64,000 nt of DNA from Gammaproteobacteria bacterium (GCA_965222615.1 CBDCUI010000008.1:288001-352000), one strand, 5' to 3'; shown: positions 8,667 through 18,406, counted from the first letter of the stretch. The notes: generated from the sequence alone by a model not told the origin. Made by a program: numbers and translations.

Positions 8667-8777
8667 ACAATTTTTCTGTAGATGTTTAAAAAATAATTCT
8701 ATAATTATTTTGTAATGTGGCAATAAATTTCTACTTACTTTTCATAATTTAATTACATTTAATATAAGGAAATAACG

Positions 8778-9431
8778 TCATTTATCACGAAAGGCTTTAG
8801 CGAGCCAATAGTCAATACTGAAATATTTTCCAGCACCGATGAAAAACAACACTAACAACATTATAAAATAAGTGGCAGCAAACTCGATACCATTATTTAA
8901 TACGACAAAACTACCTTTTTCAGTAAGCCAGTTGAAATTACCATGCTTTTTTAATAAGGATTTTGCTGCACTCACTCGTTTGCCAACTTCTTCACTGTTC
9001 TCCAGGCTACGCTTAGCTGCGGGAATACCAAGTGACGCAAGAGGTTTTGCAGTGCTTGTCTCAGGGTCCCCAGGCGCAACAGCAAACCAGCCTTTGTCCC
9101 AGTGCACCGCAAAAATAGCTACTAACATCGTAATCATTAATGGAATTGCAAACCAACGTACTGCAAAACCAAAAAGTAATGCTATGCCACCTATTAATTC
9201 TGTCAAAGCAGCGAGATAAGCTAGTAGCATGGGTGCTGGCAACCCTAATCCCCAATCAGGATTTCCAAGCCAATCTGCAAAACTATCAATACCAGAAAGT
9301 TTGGTTAAACCCGCAGCAATGAAAATCGGTGCTAGATACAAGCGCAATGCAAGTGGCCCAAGGAAATCAATACTGCGAAATTTATCTAGTATATTTTGTA
9401 ATGAATTCGCAGTTGTGATTAGTGCTGACAT
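8778..9431 (-). CDS. DoxX family membrane protein (type associated with Hvf/MNIO clusters)
   Basis: LALRLYLAPIFIAAG, WGLGLPAP, ELIGG, VHW..GWFA and NNGIEFAATYFIMLL motifs. Confidence 0.85.
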   Translation of the reverse strand: MSALITTANSLQNILDKFRSIDFLGPLALRLYLAPIFIAAGLTKLSGIDSFADWLGNPDWGLGLPAPMLLAYLAALTELIGGIALLFGFAVRWFAIPLMITMLVAIFAVHWDKGWFAVAPGDPETSTAKPLASLGIPAAKRSLENSEEVGKRVSAAKSLLKKHGNFNWLTEKGSFVVLNNGIEFAATYFIMLLVLFFIGAGKYFSIDYWLAKAFRDK

Positions 9432-9473
9432 ATGGATTCTCCTAAATAGTTATAATTGTATTGCTGACACGAT

Positions 9474-10973
9474 CTACGTTGCAGTGGGTTCCGGATATAA
9501 CTCATCTAGGGGTATAGATTTGCCATCTGGTCGCACCATACGTGCGTGAAAGCGACGCAACTGACGTGGTTCATGTACACCGCATGAATGAGCAATAACG
9601 CCTACTTCATAGACCATGTTTTTAGTGTAATTCCTTACACGTTCGGCCTTGATTTCAGGATCTAAACCAGTTTGCAGCTTTTTGTCATGTGTAGTAATTC
9701 CAGTCGGACAAGTATTTTTATTACACTGTAAGGCTTGGATACATCCCAAAGAAAACATGAAGCCACGTGCAGAAACAACAAAATCTGCACCTACGGCAAA
9801 GGCCCAGGCAACATCAGCAGGGGTAATTAGCTTACCTGAAGTAATGATTTTTATTCGATCACGCAAGCCATGTACTTTTAAGCGATCGACCACTAAAGGT
9901 AGACTTTCTTCAATGGGTAAGCCCATATAATCAATTAAGCTCATCGGGGCTGCACCAGTGCCGCCGTCAGCACTGTCGATGGTGATAAAATCAGGAGCCT
10001 GTTCAATGCCGCGTGCTTTTATAATATCTAACAAATTATCGATCCAACCGTAGGCGCCTACGACAGTCTTAAATCCTACAGGCTTGCCCGTAACCATGCG
10101 AATACGGATAAGCATGTCTAGCAAATCATCAACCGAGTCAATTTCAGGGTGACGATTTGGACTGATGGAATCTTTTCCCACAGGGATGCCGCGAATTTTT
10201 GAGATTTCTTCGTTAACTTTCCTTCCCGGTAGAATACCCCCTTTGCCCGGTTTGGCGCCCTGGCTTAGTTTAAGCTCAAACATTTTTACTTGATCATGTG
10301 CTGCTACTTCCTGCAATTTTTTATCGCTCAAATTTCCTTGAGTATTTCGGACACCATATTTAGCAGTTCCAATTTGAAACACGATGTCAGCTCCACCCTC
10401 TAGATGGTAAGGGGACAAACCACCTTCACCTGTATTCATCCAGCAACCCGCCATACGCGCTCCGTTTGAAAGTGCTAACACGGCCGGTGTCGAAATCGCG
10501 CCATAACTCATTCCAGAAATATTGAAAATTGAGCTTGTTGTATAGGAATGTTTCGCATAAGGCCCAATGGTGACATCGCTGGTGGGAACGGCGTCTTCAT
10601 CTAGGGTAGGAAAGGGGCAGTTCACAAATAATACCGTTCCGGTTGGGCGTAAGTCTCGTGTCGATCCAAATGCTACAGTGTTGTCAACATTTTTTGCGGC
10701 GCGATATACCCAGGATCGTTGCGCACGATTGAAAGGAAGTTCCTCTCGGTCCATTGCAAAAAAGTATTGGCGGAAAAATTCGCCTAATTCTTCAAAGAAA
10801 TAACGAAATCGGCCGATAACGGGAAAGTTATGACGAATTGCATGTGCGCGTTGAGATTTATCAATGATATATAAAACAGCAACCGCAATAACTAATATGC
10901 CTAGAGCAAAAATAAATAGTATGGCTGCGACTTCAAGAAAACGTAGTAGAAAAGTAGGTAATTCAGCCATCAT
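9474..10973 (-). CDS. FMN-binding glutamate synthase family protein with N-terminal membrane anchor
   Basis: NISGMSYGAIS, NTGEGG, ELKLSQGAKPGKGG, DGGTGAAP and the CIQALQCNKNTCPTGITT [3Fe-4S] motif; no amidotransferase domain. Confidence 0.9.
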   Translation of the reverse strand: MMAELPTFLLRFLEVAAILFIFALGILVIAVAVLYIIDKSQRAHAIRHNFPVIGRFRYFFEELGEFFRQYFFAMDREELPFNRAQRSWVYRAAKNVDNTVAFGSTRDLRPTGTVLFVNCPFPTLDEDAVPTSDVTIGPYAKHSYTTSSIFNISGMSYGAISTPAVLALSNGARMAGCWMNTGEGGLSPYHLEGGADIVFQIGTAKYGVRNTQGNLSDKKLQEVAAHDQVKMFELKLSQGAKPGKGGILPGRKVNEEISKIRGIPVGKDSISPNRHPEIDSVDDLLDMLIRIRMVTGKPVGFKTVVGAYGWIDNLLDIIKARGIEQAPDFITIDSADGGTGAAPMSLIDYMGLPIEESLPLVVDRLKVHGLRDRIKIITSGKLITPADVAWAFAVGADFVVSARGFMFSLGCIQALQCNKNTCPTGITTHDKKLQTGLDPEIKAERVRNYTKNMVYEVGVIAHSCGVHEPRQLRRFHARMVRPDGKSIPLDELYPEPTAT

Positions 10974-11187
10974 AACTTCCCCTTTTTATAGTTATCGTTA
11001 ATGCGTGTGGGATAGATGAACGGGAAACTACGCAAATTATTTCATCACATTATCTCGTATATGGCCCTAGCAATAAATCATATTCTGCTAGTTTTTTGAC
11101 AGTAGTTATTTATTTTTTCAATGAAGTGAGTTTTTGTATATTAATTATGACGGTATCTATAACATGAGCAGAGTACAATTAACTTAA

Positions 11188-11215
11188 TGTAATAAAATTT
11201 CAATATCACGGTCTA
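11188..11215 (+). promoter_or_regulatory. ECF sigma factor-type promoter candidate upstream of the ThDP enzyme / aldehyde dehydrogenase operon
   Basis: TGTAAT-N17-GTCTA, with the same GGTCTATTT -10 context as the motif at 7701-7729. Confidence 0.45.
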
Positions 11216-11288
11216 TTTTAGCAATGCAATTCAACATCAGTATAAGAGATAAAGAATAACCATGAATAAGAATTATCTGGGGAATTAG

Positions 11289-12941
11289 ATGAAAGCATCA
11301 GACCTATTTGTTAAATGTCTTGAAGAAGAAAACATAGAATACATATTCGGTGTTCCTGGTGAAGAGAATGCCGATTTTATGATCTCACTTGAAAATACTG
11401 ACAAGATCAAGTTTATTCTTACGCGCCATGAGCAAGGTGCGGCTTTCATGGCTGAAATCTATGGACGTTTAACTGGGAATCCAGCTGGATGTCTAGGTAC
11501 TCTTGGTCCAGGTGCGACAAATTTAATTACTGGTGTTGCCGATTCGAACATGGATCGTGCGCCAATGTTAGTACTGACTGGTCAAGGTTCAACGTTGCGT
11601 CTGCATAAAGAGTCACATCAAATTATGGACGTAGTAAAAATGTTTGAACCCGTTACCAAATGGGCAACTACGGTATTACATCCAGAAACTATTCCTGAAA
11701 TTGTGCGCAAAGCAGTTCGAATTGCACGTACTGAAAAACCCGGTGCGGTGCATATCGAATTGCCGGAAGATCTTGCCAAAGAAGATACAACGGTTAAACC
11801 AATGGTTCCACAACGCTTTATGCGTTCGGTTCCAGATGAGATTGTAATTGATAATGCCTTTGAAATGATTGCAACAAGTAACCGTCCTATTATTTTAGTA
11901 GGCAACGGTTGCGTACGTTCAGGAGCAAGTGAAAAGTTACGTAAGTTTTGTGAACTTACAAAAATTGGTGCAATGAGTACCTTTATGGCAAAAGGTTGCA
12001 TAGATAAAGGCTCTGAGCAATGTTTATTTACTATTGGTTTGGGTAGTCGTGATCGCATGTCTTTCTTAATAGATGAAGCAGACGTTGTGATTACACTTGG
12101 CTTCGACATGGTTGAATATCATCCAAAGTTGTGGAATCCAAACTGCGATAAGAAAATTATTCACGCGGATATTTTGCCTGCCGAAATCGATCAAAATTAT
12201 CATCCGCAAATCGAATTGATTGGGGACTTAAATCATACCCTTGAGGAATTGTATTTACGTGCAAAGGCCAGGGCTAAGTTTTACTATGACACCACAACAC
12301 AGCAGAAAATTCGCCAGGAGATGATAGAAGATCTTGCTGAATATAAAGACGATGACACTAAGGGAAGTATTCGTCCTCAAAAAGCTATCTGGGATGCGCG
12401 TCAAGTTTTAGGGCCTAATGATATTTTGTTATCTGATGTCGGTGCACACAAAATGTGGGTTGCACGTTACTTTCATTGTCATCAACCCAACACATGTTTA
12501 ATTCCAAATGGGTTTTGTTCCATGGGGTTTGCCTTACCTGGTGCAATTGCTGCTAATTTAGTTTATCCGGAGCGAAGGATTTTGGGTATTGCCGGGGATG
12601 CGGGTTTTTTAATGAATGTACAAGAGATGGAAACTGCCAAACGTCTAAACAGTAATATTGTGGTGATGGTTTGGGAAGATAAGGAATATGGGTTGATTGC
12701 ATGGAAGCAGCAAAATGAATTTGGCAAGCATACCGATTTAGCTTTCGATAACCCAGATTGGGAAATACTTGCCAAATCATTTGGGTGGAATGGCTATTTT
12801 GTCGATGATAGTAAGACGTTACAAGCAACCCTCGAGCATGCATTTAATGACGGTGCGCCAAGTCTTGTGGTGGTGCCAATTGACTATCGTGAAAACATGC
12901 TTCTCACTAAGCGTTTAGGTGAATTAACTCTGCCTATGTAA
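11289..12941 (+). CDS. ThDP-dependent enzyme of the acetolactate synthase superfamily; probable 2-oxoglutarate decarboxylase-like subfamily
   Basis: FGVPGEEN, RHEQGAAFMA, LGPGATNL, ESHQ, SDVGAHKMW.AR..HC..PNTCLI.NGF, GDAGF, YGLI.WKQ; no regulatory small subunit adjacent. Confidence 0.85.
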   Translation: MKASDLFVKCLEEENIEYIFGVPGEENADFMISLENTDKIKFILTRHEQGAAFMAEIYGRLTGNPAGCLGTLGPGATNLITGVADSNMDRAPMLVLTGQGSTLRLHKESHQIMDVVKMFEPVTKWATTVLHPETIPEIVRKAVRIARTEKPGAVHIELPEDLAKEDTTVKPMVPQRFMRSVPDEIVIDNAFEMIATSNRPIILVGNGCVRSGASEKLRKFCELTKIGAMSTFMAKGCIDKGSEQCLFTIGLGSRDRMSFLIDEADVVITLGFDMVEYHPKLWNPNCDKKIIHADILPAEIDQNYHPQIELIGDLNHTLEELYLRAKARAKFYYDTTTQQKIRQEMIEDLAEYKDDDTKGSIRPQKAIWDARQVLGPNDILLSDVGAHKMWVARYFHCHQPNTCLIPNGFCSMGFALPGAIAANLVYPERRILGIAGDAGFLMNVQEMETAKRLNSNIVVMVWEDKEYGLIAWKQQNEFGKHTDLAFDNPDWEILAKSFGWNGYFVDDSKTLQATLEHAFNDGAPSLVVVPIDYRENMLLTKRLGELTLPM

Positions 12942-12946
12942 AAACC

Positions 12947-14392
12947 ATGGCTACAAAGAAAACTTATTCATTGATGCTGCATCAGTCTTCACCTCGGGCA
13001 GGGTTACTTAAAGTTTATGCACCTTATGATCGTTCTGTTATTGCCGAAGTAGAAACCGCAAATATAGAGCATGTAAATCAGGCCTTGTATACGGCGTATT
13101 CACTTTATCGAGATAAGAGTACTTGGTTACCTTTGCATCAACGTATCGAAATTCTTGAAGCTACTGCTAGCATCATGCAAGAAGAGCAGGAGTTTCTAGC
13201 AGTAGAAGCAGCTCGTGAAGGCGGCAAACCGTTAATTGATTCTAAAGTTGAAGTGGCACGTGCAATCGATGGCATTCATTTATGTATTGAAACGTTGAAA
13301 ACTGACCAAGGTGAGGTCATACCCATGGGTCTGTCTGCTTCTTCGGTGAACCGTTTAGCGGTTACACAAAAAGAACCGATTGGTGTAGTGGTCGCAGTGA
13401 GTGCATTTAACCATCCGCTAAATCTCATTGTGCACCAAGTGGCAGCTGCAGTAGCAGTGGGTTGCCCGGCAATCGTCAAACCTGCGGAAGATACGCCACT
13501 TTCATGCCTACACTTTGTTGATATTTTATGGCGTGCTGGGTTACCCACTGAATGGTGCCAAGCGATCGTTCCTGAGAGCATCGATGTTGCAGAAAAACTG
13601 GTTATCGATGAACGCGTTGGGTTTTTTTCCTTTATAGGCAGTGCCAAAGTAGGTTGGATGTTGCGATCTAAACTAGCACCGGGAGTGCGTTGTGCATTAG
13701 AACATGGCGGGGCAGCACCAGTAATTATGGCAGAAGACACAGATGTCGAAATGGCAGTGCAAAAGCTTGGTAAGGGGGGTTTCTACCATGCTGGACAAGT
13801 ATGTGTTTCCGTACAACGTGTATTTGCACATAAAACCTTAGTCAATACGTTTATTGAACAACTTGCTAATTATGCGCAACAACAGCGTATTGGTGATCCA
13901 ACTTCAGCAGATACCGATGTTGGACCATTGATTCGCCCTGCTGAAGCGGAGCGTATAGATAGTTGGGTGAGCGAAGCAAAGAGCGAAGGAGCACAATGTA
14001 TAACTGGTGGTAATGCTATAAGTGAAACATGTTACGAATGTACAGTGTTGGCGCGACCTTCGCTAGATAGCAAAGTGAGCACGGCAGAAATATTTGGGCC
14101 AGTAATATGTGCCTATGAATATGAAGATTTAGATTGGGCAATACAACAAGCTAACGCCTTGCCGTATGCGTTTCAGGCCGCTGTATTTACGAATGATATT
14201 AATACAGCGATGCGTGTGTACAAGCACATCGATGCTTCTGCAGTAATGCTTAATGATCACACTGCGTTTCGTGTTGACGGTATGCCATTTGCTGGCCTAA
14301 AACATTCCGGTCTTGGAGTAGGCGGCATTCCTTATACCATGGAGGATATGCAGGTAAATAAAATGCTGGTTATGAATTCGCCCGAGCTATAA
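12947..14392 (+). CDS. NAD(P)-dependent aldehyde dehydrogenase
   Basis: AFNHPLNL, KPAEDTP, FIGS, LEHGG, HAGQVCVS (catalytic Cys), EIFGPV, MPFAG.K.SG. Confidence 0.92.
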   Translation: MATKKTYSLMLHQSSPRAGLLKVYAPYDRSVIAEVETANIEHVNQALYTAYSLYRDKSTWLPLHQRIEILEATASIMQEEQEFLAVEAAREGGKPLIDSKVEVARAIDGIHLCIETLKTDQGEVIPMGLSASSVNRLAVTQKEPIGVVVAVSAFNHPLNLIVHQVAAAVAVGCPAIVKPAEDTPLSCLHFVDILWRAGLPTEWCQAIVPESIDVAEKLVIDERVGFFSFIGSAKVGWMLRSKLAPGVRCALEHGGAAPVIMAEDTDVEMAVQKLGKGGFYHAGQVCVSVQRVFAHKTLVNTFIEQLANYAQQQRIGDPTSADTDVGPLIRPAEAERIDSWVSEAKSEGAQCITGGNAISETCYECTVLARPSLDSKVSTAEIFGPVICAYEYEDLDWAIQQANALPYAFQAAVFTNDINTAMRVYKHIDASAVMLNDHTAFRVDGMPFAGLKHSGLGVGGIPYTMEDMQVNKMLVMNSPEL

Positions 14393-14415
14393 ATATATTT
14401 TTGAGCTAGTGAAAT

Positions 14416-14446
14416 AAAAAACGGCGAATCAATGATTCGCCGTTTT
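14416..14446. terminator. Bidirectional rho-independent terminator between convergent genes
   Basis: aaaaaacggcgaatc-aat-gattcgccgtttt perfect stem with A/T runs on both sides. Confidence 0.85.
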
Positions 14447-14468
14447 AATTTAGTGAGTTTAGGTTAGC

Positions 14469-14852
14469 TTAGCTTCCGCACTTGCCTTCGCCACATTTGC
14501 CTTCAGCATCTTTACCTTCGCCACATTTGCCTTCGCCGCACTTGCCTTCGGCATCTTTACCTTCACCACACTTGCCTTCACCGCATTTACCTTCACCGCA
14601 CTTGCCTTCGGCATCTTTGCCTTCACCACACTTGCCTTCACCGCATTTACCTTCGGCGTCTTTACCTTCACCGCACTTGCCTTCGCCACATTTTCCTTCT
14701 ACATGGCCATCAGCAACCATGTAACCAGAAGATAAAGGTGTGATTTCAAATGGATTTGATTCTGCATTTGCAGCAGGGATGGTGAATGCGCTCGCAGCAA
14801 GAGCTGCGCCAACCGCAGCAGCTAGTGGTTTGAGTTCAGTTTTTTTAGACAT
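14469..14852 (-). CDS. hvfA: HvfA-family RiPP precursor (signal peptide plus EGKCG repeats), predicted MNIO substrate / metal-binding peptide
   Basis: RBS AGGAG; signal peptide ending ANA; NPF...L.SGY motif; 11 EGKCG and 4 EGKDA pentapeptides; DUF692, DUF2063 and DoxX genes nearby on the same strand. Confidence 0.9.
   Translation of the reverse strand: MSKKTELKPLAAAVGAALAASAFTIPAANAESNPFEITPLSSGYMVADGHVEGKCGEGKCGEGKDAEGKCGEGKCGEGKDAEGKCGEGKCGEGKCGEGKDAEGKCGEGKCGEGKDAEGKCGEGKCGS
14475..14699 (-). repeat. 15-bp coding tandem repeat, 15 units
   Basis: Units gaaggcaagtgyggy / gaaggtaaagatgcy with synonymous third-position variation. Confidence 0.95.
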
Positions 14853-14965
14853 GTCTTAATCTCCTGTACATGTTGTTTATTGGAAGTATTTTAGAATCAA
14901 GTGATTTCTCTTTTAGCAGACCGATTTCTGTTAGTTTTTATTTCATAGTCTTTAAAAAAGACCTA

Positions 14966-14994
14966 TAAACTACTTTGCTGTATGAATACTTACA
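14966..14994 (-). promoter_or_regulatory. ECF sigma factor-type promoter candidate upstream of the precursor gene
   Basis: Minus strand TGTAAG-N18-GTTTA. A second weaker copy, TGAAAT-N18-GTCTG, lies at 14917-14945. Confidence 0.45.
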
Positions 14995-15070
14995 GTCTTT
15001 CTCGATATTTGAGTGGAATGTCTCGCTAAAGTTCTATTATGACTGATTTGCCTTAAAAAATATAAGCTTT

Positions 15071-15709
15071 TCATTTGCTTAGCGTCTTTTGGCGGTATTC
15101 ACATAGGTCAAAAATTGCGCATGCGCCACATTTAGGTTTACGTGCTACACATGTATAGCGCCCGTGCAATATAAGCCAGTGATGGGCATGCAGCTTGTAT
15201 TCTTCCGGTACAAACTTTTCCAAACGCTGCTCCACCTCTAGAACATTTTTCCCTGGTGCAATACCCGTGCGGTTAGCAACGCGAAAAATATGCGTATCAA
15301 CCGCAATCGTGACTTGTCCAAAGGCATTATTTAACACTACGTTCGCTGTTTTTCGGCCGACTCCTGGTAGCGTCTGCAGCGTTTCGCGATCTCGAGGGAT
15401 TCGCCCCCTATGTTTATCAATTAAAAGTTGACTGGTTTTAATAATATTTTTTGCTTTACTGTTATATAAGCCAATTGATTTGATATATCTTTTTAATTTC
15501 GATTCGCCCAAGGCAAGCATTTTTTTCGGTGTGTTCGCGACCTTGAAGAGATCTTTGGTGGCTTTATTTACGCTGACATCGGTAGCTTGTGCAGATAACA
15601 TCACAGCCACTAAAAGCTCGTAATTAGACTTATGTTTGAGTTCTGTTTTAGGTGCTGGATTTGCTTTTTTTAGACGACGAAAAATTTCAGTACGTTTTTC
15701 TTTATTCAT
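15071..15709 (-). CDS. nth: Endonuclease III
   Basis: LSAQATD, HhH motif LPGVGRKTANVV, VDTH, C-X6-C-X2-C-X5-C iron-sulfur motif. Confidence 0.97.
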   Translation of the reverse strand: MNKEKRTEIFRRLKKANPAPKTELKHKSNYELLVAVMLSAQATDVSVNKATKDLFKVANTPKKMLALGESKLKRYIKSIGLYNSKAKNIIKTSQLLIDKHRGRIPRDRETLQTLPGVGRKTANVVLNNAFGQVTIAVDTHIFRVANRTGIAPGKNVLEVEQRLEKFVPEEYKLHAHHWLILHGRYTCVARKPKCGACAIFDLCEYRQKTLSK

Positions 15710-15727
15710 ATCTAGTTTTTGAATAGA

Positions 15728-16120
15728 TTAACGGTCTAATAACTCGTGTTTCTTACGTTCAAATGATTCTTGTTTTTCTTGTTTTATTTTCTTAAGTCTG
15801 AGTGAACGTTGCTTTTTATTATTTCGTGATAAGACTGCAAATTTGTTCTTTAATTTTCGTAATTCAGTAGAAGATAGTTCCTTACTTAGTTCTTCAAATT
15901 GGGTGTTGTTGTCTAGTTCGATACAGTCTACAGGACAGGGCGGTATACAGAGTTTGCAACCAGTGCAATATTGTGTGAGCACCGTGTGCATATGCTTTGC
16001 AACACCACTAATGGCGTCGAAAGGACAGGCTTTAATACATAATGTGCAACCTATGCATTCTTCTTCAATAATGCGGGCCACATATTTACCAGTTGGAATT
16101 TCATAATATTTCTTGTCCAC
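15728..16120 (-). CDS. Short RnfB/RsxB-like 2x[4Fe-4S] ferredoxin
   Basis: [16 protein letters not shown] and HTV...[16 protein letters not shown]; conserved position between metG and nth; lacks the N-terminal RnfB domains; GTG start. Confidence 0.75.
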   Translation of the reverse strand: MDKKYYEIPTGKYVARIIEEECIGCTLCIKACPFDAISGVAKHMHTVLTQYCTGCKLCIPPCPVDCIELDNNTQFEELSKELSSTELRKLKNKFAVLSRNNKKQRSLRLKKIKQEKQESFERKKHELLDR

Positions 16121-16122
16121 TT

Positions 16123-16173
16123 CAAGAGGCTTTGATTTATTAACGAAATATCAGAATAAATCAGAGTTTTCCG
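16123..16173. mobile_element. Internally deleted copy (ends only) of the palindromic MITE-like family
   Basis: aagaggctttgatttatt ... aataaatcagagttttcc inverted ends match those at 23938, 40491 and 43890. atatcagaataaatc is shared with the 43890-44053 copy. Confidence 0.6.
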
Positions 16174-16176
16174 AAA

Positions 16177-18231
16177 TTATTTCACGCGCATCCCTGGTGT
16201 GGCGCCACTATCCGGTTGCAACAAAAAAATGTCTTCATCACCAGGGCCTGCAGCCAATACCATTCCTTCTGACATACCAAAGCGCATTTTACGTGGGGCT
16301 AAATTAGCTACCACAACGGTTAAGCGACCTTCAATTGCATCGGGAGAGTATGCAGATTTAATACCTGCAAAAACTGTGCGTTGGACATTTCCGGTAGGTT
16401 CACCCAAATCTAGAGTTAATTTAAGTAGTTTATCTGCCCCTTCGACATGTTCGGCCTTAACAATTTTTGCGATTCTAAAATCCAATTTTGCAAAGTCTGC
16501 AAATGTGATTTCTTCACTGATTGGGTCAGTAGCGACAGGTGATGTATCTTGTTTAGATTCTTCAATCATTTTACTTACCGATTCTTTTTCAATGCGTGTG
16601 ATTAGGGGTGTAAATTTGTTAATTTGATGGCCTTCGGACAACGTACTTCCACTGGTTAAATCTTGCCAAGTTAAAGACGTATTTAAGAAAGCTTCAGATT
16701 TTTCAGCAAGTTCTGGCATTACAGGCTTTAAATATCCAATCAACAAACGATACATATTCAGACCAAAGCTACATATTTGATGAACATCCTCTCGCTTAGA
16801 TTCATCTTTGATTTTCTTCCACGGTTCATGCTGATCGATTAAGACATTGGTGGTGTCGGCTATATTCATGACTTTATTTATGGCCATGGAATATTGTCTA
16901 TTTTCGTAAAAGGATCTAATGTCATCACCCGCTTTACTTGTGGCTTCATTAAACAAACCATTGCATTGATTAGAAGGAAAAGTACCTGTCAATTTTCCGT
17001 CAAAGTGTTTTGTTATAAAACCTGCACAACGACTTGCAATATTGACTAACTTACCCACTACATCGCTATTCACACGTTGTTGAAAATCATCCAGATTTAA
17101 ATCAATGTCATTAATTCCGTTGCCTAGCTTGGCAGCAAAATAATAACGTAAATATTCTGGGTTTAAATGATCAAGATAGGTGCGGGCCTTGATGAAAGTA
17201 CCGCGTGATTTTGACATCTTTTGTCCATCGACTGTTAGAAAACCATGACAGTACACAGCGGTTGGGATTCTATAGTTAGCGCCATGCAGCATCGCAGGCC
17301 AAAACAACATATGAAAGTAGGCAATGTCTTTGCCGATAAAGTGATATACCTCATGTGTTTCTTTGTTTTTTGGGTCCCAAAAATCTTCAAATTTAAAGTT
17401 ATATTTGTTCTTAGCCGGATCATCACAGTATTTTTGGAAACTTGCTATGTAACCTATCGGTGCGTCTAACCAAACGTAAAAATATTTTCCAGGAGCATCT
17501 GGGATTTCAAAACCAAAATAAGGGGCATCTCTTGATATATCCCAGTCTTGTAAGCCTGCTTGAAACCACTCTTTAAGTTTATTGGTTATTTCTGGTTGCA
17601 AAGGTTCGCTTTCAATCCAATCGTGCAACATCTCTTTAAAGTCATTTAATTTGAAAAAATAATGCAGATTTTCTTTTTCGATCGGAGTTGCACCGCTAAG
17701 TGCTGAATAGGGATTAATCAAGTCGGCTGGAGTATAAGTGGTGCCGCATGACTCACAGTTGTCGCCATACTGATCTTTAGTATGACATTTTGGGCATTCA
17801 CCTTTAACAAATCGATCGGGTAAAAATACTTTATCTTTTGGGTCATATAAATCTACAACAGTCTTAGTAGTGATATGGTCATTTTCTTTTAAGCGTTCGT
17901 AGATACGTATTGCGTGTAATCTATTTTCTTCAGAGTGAGTAGAGTGATAGTTATCAAATACTATATGAAAATCTGCGAAATCTTCTTCGTGTTCAATTTT
18001 TACTTTTGCAATGAGTTCTTCTGGCGAAATATCTTCTTGTTGTGCTTTGAGCATAATAGGTGTGCCGTGAGCATCATCCGCACAAATGTAAATACAATTA
18101 TGTCCACACATCTGCTGAAATCGTGCCCAAATATCAGTTTGGATATACTCAACAAGATGCCCAATATGAATGGGCCCATTTGCATAGGGCAGTGCACTTG
18201 TAACAAGTATGTTTCGTTTAAGCTTTGTCAT
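16177..18231 (-). CDS. metG: Methionine-tRNA ligase
   Basis: [13 protein letters not shown], zinc knuckle, KMSKS, C-terminal tRNA-binding domain. Confidence 0.98.
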   Translation of the reverse strand: MTKLKRNILVTSALPYANGPIHIGHLVEYIQTDIWARFQQMCGHNCIYICADDAHGTPIMLKAQQEDISPEELIAKVKIEHEEDFADFHIVFDNYHSTHSEENRLHAIRIYERLKENDHITTKTVVDLYDPKDKVFLPDRFVKGECPKCHTKDQYGDNCESCGTTYTPADLINPYSALSGATPIEKENLHYFFKLNDFKEMLHDWIESEPLQPEITNKLKEWFQAGLQDWDISRDAPYFGFEIPDAPGKYFYVWLDAPIGYIASFQKYCDDPAKNKYNFKFEDFWDPKNKETHEVYHFIGKDIAYFHMLFWPAMLHGANYRIPTAVYCHGFLTVDGQKMSKSRGTFIKARTYLDHLNPEYLRYYFAAKLGNGINDIDLNLDDFQQRVNSDVVGKLVNIASRCAGFITKHFDGKLTGTFPSNQCNGLFNEATSKAGDDIRSFYENRQYSMAINKVMNIADTTNVLIDQHEPWKKIKDESKREDVHQICSFGLNMYRLLIGYLKPVMPELAEKSEAFLNTSLTWQDLTSGSTLSEGHQINKFTPLITRIEKESVSKMIEESKQDTSPVATDPISEEITFADFAKLDFRIAKIVKAEHVEGADKLLKLTLDLGEPTGNVQRTVFAGIKSAYSPDAIEGRLTVVVANLAPRKMRFGMSEGMVLAAGPGDEDIFLLQPDSGATPGMRVK

Positions 18232-18406
18232 TGACTTACGATTATTTTAGCGGTCGACACCTTAACAGTTTGGAGAAAATACCGCTATTTTTTACGGTAG
18301 TATTAATCAACTGAGCTACTCATATCGGGATCTTTGCAGTTAAAGATTGCGTGATATAGTTAATGTTAATCTACATACCAGCCCATATTCTAGGAGCATA
18401 AAAAGA

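Noticed and set aside
11018-11044. ECF-like motif (TGAAAT-N17-GTTCA, minus strand) before the glutamate-synthase-like gene
   Set aside because: Too degenerate at both elements to claim.
14475-14699. Possible CRISPR array
   Set aside because: Head-to-tail 15-bp coding repeats with no unique spacers; no cas genes in the window.
14459-14724. Alternative-frame repeat ORFs (14459..14689 minus, KASAVKV repeats; 14482..14724 plus, LPSPH repeats)
   Set aside because: Shadows of the 15-bp repeat. Only the EGKCG frame has an RBS, a signal peptide, synonymous third-position variation and family context.
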